Under the pieces are notes generated by a model. It did no database searches and was not told where the DNA came from. It saw only the letters and a program-made list of their open reading frames with translations. This document shows, one piece after another, positions 55,517 through 64,000 of a stretch of DNA of 64,000 bases (its first letter is position 1; each line of letters starts with the position of its first letter). Source of the DNA: Pseudomonadota bacterium (GTDB lineage: Bacteria > Pseudomonadota > Gammaproteobacteria > Burkholderiales > Burkholderiaceae_F); assembly GCA_029778535.1 (NCBI GenBank), contig JAKOQB010000039.1, positions 41,298 through 105,297 on the forward strand. Reading direction: 5' to 3'. Made by a program: the position numbers and the translations under genes.

Positions 55517-57636
55517 GGTTACTCAAACTCCTTCTGGCACCCGTGCTGGCGCTGGGGTTGCCGGCCGCGGCCCACGCGCAGCCGGTGCGCGCCGACAACG
55601 CCGAAGTCGAACTGGTGGCGGCGACCGACGCAATCGTCCCCGGCCAGCCGCTGTCGGTCGGACTGCGAGTCAAGCACGATCCCGAATGGCACACTTACTG
55701 GCAGGTGCCGGGCGATTCCGGACTGCCGACGCGGATCCACTGGAAACTGCCGTCCGGCTGGTACGCGGGGCCGATCGAATGGCCGGTGCCGAAGCGCATG
55801 CCGGTCGGGCCGCTGATGAACTTCGGCTACGACGGCGAGGTGCTGCTGCTGACGCAGTTGACGCCACCGGCGGACCTGAAACCGGGCGCGCAGGTCGAGC
55901 TCGGCGCGCGCGCGGACTTCCTGATCTGCCGCGATGTCTGCATTCCCAGCGGCGCCGACGTGGCCCTGAGCCTGCCGGTGCGCGAGGCGGCCAATCCGTC
56001 GCGCCGCGCCGCCCAGTTCGCTGCTACGCGCGCGCTCGTGCCCCAGCGCGTCACGCTGCAGGACGCCACGGCGACGATCGAAGACGATCGCATCCTGCTG
56101 TCGTTCCGCGCGCCGTCTGCGCTGGCGAAGGCCGAATTCTTCCCGCTCGAGGAAGCTCGCATCGAGCCCGCGGCGCCGCAGATCGTGCGTGTCGAAGGCG
56201 ACCGCGTCGCGCTGTATCTGACCGCGGCCAAGCCGATCGCGGCCGGCTTCACGCGCCTGAAGGGCGTGCTGGTTGCCGGTGACGGTCCGGCACGGGCCGA
56301 TCGCGGCGGCTGGGCCGGAGAGATCGAAGTCGCGCTGGCGCCCGGCAAGGTCGCGCCGGTCGAGGCGGCGGGCGCCGCCGTGACCGCGGGCACGCCGATC
56401 ACGCTGTGGTTCGCGCTGATCGGCGCGCTTGCCGGCGGGCTGATCCTGAACCTGATGCCGTGCGTGTTCCCGGTGCTGTCGCTGAAGCTGCTGTCGCTGC
56501 TGCAGCACCAGCGCGAAGAAGATGCGGCGCATGTCGCGCACGCGTCGCTGCGCACGCACGGGATCGTGTTCGGCGTCGGCGTGGTCGCGAGCTTCGTGCT
56601 GCTGGCCGGGGCGATGCTGGCGCTGCGCGCCGGCGGCGCACAACTGGGCTGGGGCTTCCAACTGCAGACGCCGTGGGTGATCGCGGGACTGACGGCGCTG
56701 TTCTTCGTGATCGGGCTGAACCTGCTCGGCGCGTTCGAATTCAACGTCGGCACGCGGCTGGCGAACGCGGCGCCGGCGCAGCGGCTGCGGCCCGACCGCA
56801 TCTCCGGCAGCTTCGGCACCGGCGTGCTGGCGGTCGTGGTCGCCGCGCCGTGCACGGCGCCCTTCATGGGCGCGGCGCTCGGCTATGCGATCACGCAGCC
56901 GGCCGCGCAGGCGCTGCTGGTATTCGCCGCACTCGGCGTCGGCATGGCGTTGCCGTATCTGCTGCTGACCTTCTTCCCCGCGTTGCTCAAACGGCTGCCG
57001 CGCCCCGGCGCATGGATGGAACGGTTCCGGCAGGTCATGGCATTCCCGATGTTCGCCACCTGCGTTTGGCTGCTGTGGGTGCTGGCGCAGCAGGTGAACG
57101 TCAACGCGCTGGCGCTGACGCTGGGCGCGCTGGTGCTGATCGCGCTCGCGGTATGGGCGCTCGGCATCGCACAGCGCGGCGCGACGCGCTGGCGCTGGGT
57201 CGCCCTCGGCGCGGCCGGCGTGGCGTTCTACGCGGTGGCCGCCGCGACCGGGCCCGATTCGATGCGCGCGAATGCATCGACCGTCGTCGACGCCGGCAGC
57301 CCGTGGCAGGCGTGGACCCCCGCCGAGCAGCAGAAGCTGCTCGCAGCGGGCCAGCCGGTGTTCGTCGATTTCACCGCGGCGTGGTGCGTGACCTGCCAGG
57401 CCAACAAGCAGCTGGTGCTCAAGTCGCGCGCGGTGATCGACGCGCTGTCGCAGAAGGGCGTGACGCTGCTGCGCGCTGACTGGACCAATCGCGACGACGC
57501 GATCACGCGCGAGCTGGCGCGCTTCGAGCGCAACGGCGTGCCGCTTTACGTGCTGTACGACCGCAGCGGCAAGGCTCAGGTGTTGCCCGAATTGCTGACC
57601 GAGCGCATCGTGCTGGATGCTTTGCGCCGGATCTGA
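55513..57636 (+). CDS. DsbD-family thiol:disulfide interchange protein (ScsB/DipZ-like: N-terminal periplasmic domain, DsbD membrane core, C-terminal thioredoxin domain)
   Basis: Signal peptide, then ..[18 protein letters not shown].. ..[10 protein letters not shown].. (DsbC/ScsB-like N-domain). The membrane core carries ..[11 protein letters not shown].. and ..[12 protein letters not shown].. The C-terminal ..[15 protein letters not shown] is a CxxC thioredoxin motif. Confidence 0.88.
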   Translation: MRLLKLLLAPVLALGLPAAAHAQPVRADNAEVELVAATDAIVPGQPLSVGLRVKHDPEWHTYWQVPGDSGLPTRIHWKLPSGWYAGPIEWPVPKRMPVGPLMNFGYDGEVLLLTQLTPPADLKPGAQVELGARADFLICRDVCIPSGADVALSLPVREAANPSRRAAQFAATRALVPQRVTLQDATATIEDDRILLSFRAPSALAKAEFFPLEEARIEPAAPQIVRVEGDRVALYLTAAKPIAAGFTRLKGVLVAGDGPARADRGGWAGEIEVALAPGKVAPVEAAGAAVTAGTPITLWFALIGALAGGLILNLMPCVFPVLSLKLLSLLQHQREEDAAHVAHASLRTHGIVFGVGVVASFVLLAGAMLALRAGGAQLGWGFQLQTPWVIAGLTALFFVIGLNLLGAFEFNVGTRLANAAPAQRLRPDRISGSFGTGVLAVVVAAPCTAPFMGAALGYAITQPAAQALLVFAALGVGMALPYLLLTFFPALLKRLPRPGAWMERFRQVMAFPMFATCVWLLWVLAQQVNVNALALTLGALVLIALAVWALGIAQRGATRWRWVALGAAGVAFYAVAAATGPDSMRANASTVVDAGSPWQAWTPAEQQKLLAAGQPVFVDFTAAWCVTCQANKQLVLKSRAVIDALSQKGVTLLRADWTNRDDAITRELARFERNGVPLYVLYDRSGKAQVLPELLTERIVLDALRRI

Positions 57637-57659
57637 TCGCCGCTGCCAGCGAGGCCACC

Positions 57660-58262
57660 ATGTTCGGAAGAACTCTGTTCGTTGCCGCGGCGCTGACGTT
57701 CGCGCTGGCTGCGCGCGGTGCGGCGCTGCCTGGACAGCCCGCGCCCGCGTTTGCACTGCCCGATGTCGGCGGAAAGCGCGTCGATCTCGCCGACTTCCGC
57801 GGCAGGTACGTCGTTCTCGAATGGAACAACCCATCGTGCCCGTTCGTGCAGAAGCACTACGGCAGCGGCAACATGCAGACGCTGCAGAAGCGCTTCACCG
57901 CGGACGGCATCGCGTGGCTGACGATCAACTCGACGGTGGCCGGGCATCCGGAGCACCTGCGGCCCGAGCAGCAGGCCGCGTGGCTGAAGCAGCAGAACGC
58001 GGCGCCGACCGCGGCGCTGCTCGATCCCGACGGCAAGGTCGGGCGCGCTTACGGGGCGCGGACCACGCCGCAGATGTTCGTGATCGATCCGGCGGGCGCG
58101 GTGCGCTACGCGGGCGCGATCGACGACAAGCGCAGCGCGGATTCGGCCGACGTGAAGACCGCGCACAACTTCGTCGCGCAGGCGCTCGCCGAGCTGCGCG
58201 GCGGCAAGGCGGTGTCGGTCGCATCGACGCCGCCGTACGGCTGCTCGGTCAAGTACGAGTAG
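57660..58262 (+). CDS. Periplasmic thioredoxin-fold redoxin (AhpC/TSA-like)
   Basis: Signal peptide, then ..PAPAFALPDVGGKRVDLADFRGRYVVLEWNNPSCPFVQKHY.. and ..TPQMFVIDP.G.V.Y.G. Confidence 0.8.
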   Translation: MFGRTLFVAAALTFALAARGAALPGQPAPAFALPDVGGKRVDLADFRGRYVVLEWNNPSCPFVQKHYGSGNMQTLQKRFTADGIAWLTINSTVAGHPEHLRPEQQAAWLKQQNAAPTAALLDPDGKVGRAYGARTTPQMFVIDPAGAVRYAGAIDDKRSADSADVKTAHNFVAQALAELRGGKAVSVASTPPYGCSVKYE

Positions 58263-58274
58263 TTCGGCCCGTCG

Positions 58275-59719
58275 TCAACCGGTCTCGTAGACCCATTGCA
58301 GCAGCGCGTCGTGCACGCCCTGCGCGTCGCGCGCGTTCGGGTGATTGATGATCGCGACCACCGCGTAGCGGCGGCCGCTCGCCGCCAGCACATAGCCCGC
58401 GATCGGCCTCACATCGGCGAGCAATCCGGTCCTGATGTGGGCGCGGCCGGTCGCGCTGTTGCGTTTCTTCATCGTGCCGTCCACACCCGCCAGCGGCAAC
58501 GACGAGACGAACTCGGGCATCAGCGGTCCGGCATACGCGTCGACCAGCAGCCGCGCCAGGCTGCCGGCCGAGATCCGCTCGACCCGCGACAGCCCGGAGC
58601 CGTTTTCGAGCACGAGCTCCGGCATCTGCAGCCCGCGTGTCGCGAGCCAGTCGCGCACCGCGCTTGACGAGTGCTCGGCATTGCCCGGTTGGCGGCTGGT
58701 TTCCGCGCCGATCGTCAGAAACACCTGGCGCGCCATCACGTTGTTGCTGAATTTATTGAGTCGCGGATCACGTCGGCCAGTGGCGCCGACTCGTGCAGCG
58801 CGATGCGGCGCGCGTCCGCGGGCGCGACGCCTTCGCGCACCTTGCCCGTCCAGCCGCCGCCGGCGCTTTCCCGAAGAGCACGGAACGCGGCGCCGAAGTA
58901 CCGGGTGTGTCCGAGCACGCTGATGTGCCGGGTCTTCTCGCCGCAGGCGAGTGGAAATGCGCCGCGCAAGACGGGCGCCATAGGATCGGTGAAGTCGGCC
59001 TGCAGGCGCGCGCGCCAATCGCCGCAGTTGCCGTGGACGCCGCGGACGGTCGGCGGCAGCTTCATTCCCGCCAGCGCCGGCGTGGCGACGACGCGCGCGC
59101 TGCGCGTGTCCGAATCGGGAACGAAGCCGAGCGTCAATGCCTTGAAGTTCAGCAGCAGCGCGTCGGGCCCGGCGTTGTAGGGCCGGTTCGCTTCGCCGTC
59201 GAACAGCGCCGGGTCGTGCAGCAGCGGCTCGAACGCGGACTTGTCGAGCACGAGGTCGCCGCGAATCTCACGCAGACCGTAGGCACGCAGCCTGCTCACC
59301 AGCAACCACAGGTGCTCGGTCACCAGCTTTGGATCGCCGCTGCCGCGCACAACGAGATCGCCTTCAAGCCGGTCGCGGCGCAGCGCGCCGGTTGCGAAGG
59401 CTTACGTGCGCCACGTGCAGGCGGGGCCGAGCAGGTTCAGCGCCGCGTAGGTCGTCACCAGCTTCATCGTCGATTCCGGGTGCATCGGGATCGTCGTGTT
59501 GACCGCGATCGACACGCCGCTGCCCGACAGCGGCTGCACGACGACCGCCGAGGCGGTCGGCGGGATCGCCGCCTGGCGCAGCGCGGCGGCGATAGAGTCC
59601 GACAGTTGTGTGCTCGCGCTGTCGGCGGTCTGCGCGGCCGTTGCACCGGCCATGCGCAGCGTCAGCAGGAATGCGAGGCCGAGGGTGCGGTTCAGCGGCA
59701 CACGGGAGACGACGCGCAT
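58275..59719 (-). pseudogene. dacB: D-alanyl-D-alanine carboxypeptidase/endopeptidase (PBP4, DacB) disrupted by an in-frame TAA and a 1-nt deletion
   Basis: Three track ORFs tile one PBP4 sequence. The N-terminus is ..PMHPESTMKLVTTYAALNLLGPACTWRT-TAA(59402-59404), followed in the same frame by AFATGALRRDRLEGDLVVRGSGDPKLV.. The middle part runs to ..APLADVIRD and then shifts frame at about 58760-58765 (GAC-TCAATAAATTC; restoring one base gives DINKFSNNVMARQVFL). The C-terminal part is ..LENGSGLSR.. ..KTG-like ..HIRTGLL.. ..VVAIINH. Confidence 0.75.
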
Positions 59720-59768
59720 GGCGACGGAACCGACTCGGCGAAAGCGGCGCCTCACGCCGTCGCGGGAT

Positions 59769-60638
59769 TCAGCGGTTCAGCGCGGAGGAAAGGCGGCGGC
59801 GAAAGGATGCGACCAGTTGCGGCTGGCCAGCGGCGAGGTCGAACACCGACAGCATGGTCTTGCGACCGACGTCGTCGCCGAAGCCGCGATCGTGTTCGAC
59901 GATCGCGAGCAACTGCTCGAGCGCAGGCTCGAATTCGCGCCGCGCGATGTGAAGCCGTGCCAGATCCAGGCGCGCCTGCAGATCGGCGGGATCCGCCTCG
60001 ATGCGCGCGTGCAGCGTCGATGCCGGCGGCAATTCGGCGGCGCGGCGCAGACTTTCGGCGCGCGTGGCGAGCGCGCGAAAGCTCGGGTCATCGCGAGTGA
60101 CCTTCGTCGCCGCAGCCAGCAGGCGCTCGGCTTCCTCGATTGCGGGGGCCCCACCGAGCGACTGCGCGTGATCCAGCAGCAGCGCGGCCAGATCGAGACG
60201 CGCGGACTCGTTGTCCGATGACAGCGCGACCGCCGCGCGCAGCGCCGTCGCCGCGGCGGCGACATCGCCGGCCGCGAGCAGTCGCGCTGCCTTGCGCCGC
60301 TCCAGCTCGCTCGGATCCGGCAGCAGGCGTGCGACGAAAGCGCGCAATTGGCTGTCCGGCACGACGCCGACGAACGAGTCGACCGGCTGTCCGTCGGCGA
60401 ACGCAACCACGTACGGAATGCTGCGCACGTTGAACTGCGCGGCGATCTCCGCGTTTTCGTCGGTATTGATCTTGACCACGCGCAGCCGGCCGACGAACTC
60501 GGTTTCGATCCTTTCGAGCATCGGGCCGAGCGTGCGGCACGGACCGCACCACGGGGCCCAGAAATCGACCAGGACCGGCGTGCGGTGCGACGCTTCGATC
60601 ACGTCGCGGGTGAAGGTTTGCTGGGTTGCTTCGATCAT
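59769..60638 (-). CDS. Thioredoxin-domain plus TPR co-chaperone (YbbN/CnoX-like), retaining a WCGPC active site
   Basis: ..PVLVDFWAPWCGPCR.L.P.LE.. ..KINTDEN..IA..F.VRSIP.. is followed by a long helical TPR-like C-terminal domain. ATG 60638 follows GAGG. Confidence 0.88.
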   Translation of the reverse strand: MIEATQQTFTRDVIEASHRTPVLVDFWAPWCGPCRTLGPMLERIETEFVGRLRVVKINTDENAEIAAQFNVRSIPYVVAFADGQPVDSFVGVVPDSQLRAFVARLLPDPSELERRKAARLLAAGDVAAAATALRAAVALSSDNESARLDLAALLLDHAQSLGGAPAIEEAERLLAAATKVTRDDPSFRALATRAESLRRAAELPPASTLHARIEADPADLQARLDLARLHIARREFEPALEQLLAIVEHDRGFGDDVGRKTMLSVFDLAAGQPQLVASFRRRLSSALNR

Positions 60639-60705
60639 CGTTCGCCTCGATACCATCACATCGGGTCGCGCTGCGCGAACATCAAGACCCGCGCGCCTCT
60701 ACCGC

Positions 60706-61380
60706 TCACGCGCTGAGCTGGATCATGCCGAGCCCGGCGCGCCGATGATGGCCGAAACCGCGCAGGATGCGGGCGCGGAACGGGTCCGGGTGGAGCACTT
60801 CGAGCGCGCCCTCGATGGTCGCGTGATCGATGCGGATGCGACTGCCATGGTGCTCGAAGCGCAGTGCGGTCATCGAAACGTCGGCCATCAGCAGGCGCAT
60901 GCCGAAGCGTTCGGCGCTGCCCTTGAACCAGATCTCCACCTCGTCCTTGGTACGGAACGGTTCGACTTCCTTTTCCGCGCCTTCCAGCCGCGCGCGTCCG
61001 GCGCAGACCGGCAGACTGAATCGGTACATCAGGCCGGGCGCCACCTGGATCAGCGTTCGCTTTGGCTCCAGCGCGCTGATCGCGCGCGCCGGCCGCCGCG
61101 GCCACGGCGCGATCGACTGCACCCAGTAACGGCCGTCGATGGTGCTGTCGGCCCGGAACAGGAAGTGGCCTTCGCCGGCGCGATTGCCAAACGTGGTGGC
61201 CAGCTCCGCATGCGCCATCAGCGGATTCGTGTCCGGCGGAAAGGTGACCGCGGTCTCGAACACCTCGACGGTGGGAACCTCAAGCTTCGTATAGCTCAGG
61301 ACCGAATGGACGAAGCGGTCGGGCTTGCGCGCGGCTTCCGGCTTCGATCCGGTGCGTAGAAACGGCAGAGTGAAACTCAT
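60706..61380 (-). CDS. Solitary Cas6e/CasE (Cse3)-like RAMP endoribonuclease homologue
   Basis: 224 aa with segments that parallel CasE sequences recalled from memory:
- NPLMAHAEL (cf. NPYEMHRTL / LYQLHQGL, the catalytic His region).
- GHFLFRAD....YWVQSIAPWP (cf. DFLFHVE....VLLQSAQMP).
- MYRFSLPV (cf. LYFRLRANP).
- EVEIWFKGSAERFGMRL (cf. KVAWLERRLEEGGFRL).
- C-terminal IEGALEVLHPDPFRARILRGFGHHRRAGLGMIQLSA (cf. FEGRLEVVDPERALATLRRGVGPGKALGLGLLSVAP, the glycine-rich loop).
There is no adjacent cas gene or array. Confidence 0.6.
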   Translation of the reverse strand: MSFTLPFLRTGSKPEAARKPDRFVHSVLSYTKLEVPTVEVFETAVTFPPDTNPLMAHAELATTFGNRAGEGHFLFRADSTIDGRYWVQSIAPWPRRPARAISALEPKRTLIQVAPGLMYRFSLPVCAGRARLEGAEKEVEPFRTKDEVEIWFKGSAERFGMRLLMADVSMTALRFEHHGSRIRIDHATIEGALEVLHPDPFRARILRGFGHHRRAGLGMIQLSA

Positions 61381-61410
61381 CCTGGGGCGGGTCGCACGAG
61401 CAATGCGAAC

Positions 61411-61438
61411 CGGGTCCTTCGGAGAATCCGAGGACCCG
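61411..61438. other. GC-rich stem-loop in the leader of the CasE-like gene
   Basis: CGGGTCCT(T)CGGA-GAA-TCCGAGGACCCG is a stem of about 12 bp with one bulged T and a 3-5 nt loop. It lies 31 nt upstream of the ATG at 61380. A second 5-bp hairpin (TCGCA-CGAGCAA-TGCGA) at 61392-61408 sits between it and the start. Confidence 0.6.
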
Positions 61439-61599
61439 TCGCGCGCGGGCCATTAGTAGCGTATCGGTGCATTCTCCGGTATCCCTTTGCATCATTAGCC
61501 CGTTCCGACTAAGCCGCGAGAGGAACTCGGCTTGCAGTCAAGGACTCCAGGCCCCGGAGTTTGGGGAGGGCGGAACGCCGATCAGGGCCGGTCGAGGCC

Positions 61600-61628
61600 T
61601 TGATCGATAAGGACGATGCACTTATCAT
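61600..61628 (+). promoter_or_regulatory. Sigma70-type promoter of groESL
   Basis: TTGATC-N17-TATCAT. The -10 abuts the CIRCE operator, the classical HrcA-controlled arrangement. Confidence 0.6.
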
Positions 61629-61654
61629 TAGCACTCGAAAGCGGCGAGTGCTAA
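61628..61654 (+). promoter_or_regulatory. CIRCE element (HrcA operator)
   Basis: TTAGCACTC-GAAAGCGGC-GAGTGCTAA is a perfect match to the consensus TTAGCACTC-N9-GAGTGCTAA. It lies 82 nt upstream of groES. Confidence 0.92.
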
Positions 61655-61735
61655 CAACACGGCCGCCTTTCTTCTTCGTGAGGTTGCCCTCCATTCATTC
61701 CGTAAGTCGAGAAAGTCCTTTAATCAGGAGCGTTT

Positions 61736-62023
61736 ATGAAAATTCGTCCTTTGCACGATCGCGTGATCGTCAAGCGGCTGGACCAGGAGCGCAAGACCGC
61801 GTCGGGCATCGTGATCCCGGACACCGCGGCTGAGAAACCCGATCAGGGCGAAATCATCGCCGTCGGCCCCGGCAAGCGCGATGACAACGGCAAGCTGATT
61901 GCGCCGGACGTGAAAGTCGGTGACCGGGTGCTGTTCGGCAAGTATGCGGGCCAGACCGTCAAGGTCGAAGGCGAGGAACTCCTCGTCATGCGCGAAGAAG
62001 ACCTCATGGGCGTGATCGCCTAA
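61736..62023 (+). CDS. groES: Co-chaperonin GroES
   Basis: [46 protein letters not shown]. Confidence 0.97.
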   Translation: MKIRPLHDRVIVKRLDQERKTASGIVIPDTAAEKPDQGEIIAVGPGKRDDNGKLIAPDVKVGDRVLFGKYAGQTVKVEGEELLVMREEDLMGVIA

Positions 62024-63706
<1,683 letters not shown>

Positions 63707-63728
63707 GTCCCGCGCTGTGCGGCTAACG

Positions 63729-63757
63729 ACGGCCCGCTTGTGCGGGCCGTTTTTTTG
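63729..63757 (+). terminator. Rho-independent terminator of groESL
   Basis: ACGGCCCGC-TTGT-GCGGGCCGT followed by TTTTTTT. Confidence 0.85.
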
Positions 63758-63784
63758 CCCGCACGCCGCGCTTATCCTCCGGTC

Positions 63785-64000
63785 GTGGCTCCACAAGAAA
63801 CGTCGGCGCCGCTGCGGTCGGGCGGCTGGCTGTTGCTGATCGCGCTCGGCGTCACGCAGATAGTCTCGTGGGGATCGGTCTACTACGGCTTCGCGCTGCT
63901 GCTGGAGCCGTTGCAGCGCGAACTCGGCGCCGGCAAGGACGCGGTGGCGGGCGCGTTCTCCGTCGCGCTGCTGGCATCCGGGTTGTGCTCGATCCACGTC
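63785..64000 (+). CDS. MFS-type transporter, N-terminal fragment (runs off the window end)
   Basis: Open frame from GTG 63785: VAPQETSAPLRSGGWLLLIALGVTQIVSWGSVYYGFALLLEPLQRELGAGKDAVAGAFSVALLASGLCSIHV. This is TM1, a loop and TM2 with high GC3. The ORF is not in the track because no stop codon occurs before the window ends. Confidence 0.6.
   Translation, partial: MAPQETSAPLRSGGWLLLIALGVTQIVSWGSVYYGFALLLEPLQRELGAGKDAVAGAFSVALLASGLCSIHV

Noticed and set aside
60660-61735. A search for a CRISPR array or repeat units near the CasE-like gene
   Set aside because: Only single, non-repeated hairpins are present (61392-61408, 61411-61438, 61507-61540). There are no regularly spaced direct repeats here or elsewhere in the window.

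Overview
High-GC (roughly 68-70%) chromosomal segment. Gene content and order suggest a betaproteobacterium of the Burkholderiales type: a Bug-family binding protein, OmpC-like porins ending in RHKF/RHTF, and a rubredoxin-pilGHIJ-chpA cluster. This placement is an inference. I support about 65 coding regions and found no rRNA, tRNA, transposase, integrase or CRISPR array.

Most of the window is housekeeping:
- glpKD
- coq7
- rplM-rpsI
- erpA, anmK, tyrS, dtd
- glyA (behind a ZTP riboswitch) and nrdR
- two sigma32-type small heat-shock genes
- ribD-ribE-[OYE flavoprotein]-ribBA-ribH-nusB, then thiL-pgpA-pncC
- nnrS-fdxA, aroG, pyrF
- the Pil-Chp chemosensory operon with an 1876-aa ChpA
- thiD-thiE-hemL
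- dsbD-like plus a redoxin
- ybbN-like
- groESL with a perfect CIRCE element

Items worth a second look:
1. A solitary Cas6e/CasE-like RAMP endoribonuclease gene sits next to groESL, with no other cas gene or repeat array in the window. A strong hairpin lies in its leader.
2. A low-GC two-gene type II restriction-modification cassette is inserted exactly between nusB and thiL.
3. A six-gene unit is preceded by an FNR-type box. It encodes a His-rich secreted protein, a DevBCA-like ABC exporter, an FmdE-like protein and a Crp/Fnr regulator.
4. Four independent gene lesions are visible: dacB (a nonsense codon plus a 1-nt deletion), a cytochrome P450 stub, a Bug protein with an internal in-frame deletion, and a doubly frameshifted small gene at the 5' end.
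5. A PIN toxin-antitoxin pair.
6. A heptamer tandem/inverted repeat lies between glyA and nrdR.

All family assignments come from reading the translated ORFs by eye; no database search was possible. Many long ORFs in the six-frame track are antisense shadows typical of high-GC DNA and were rejected.
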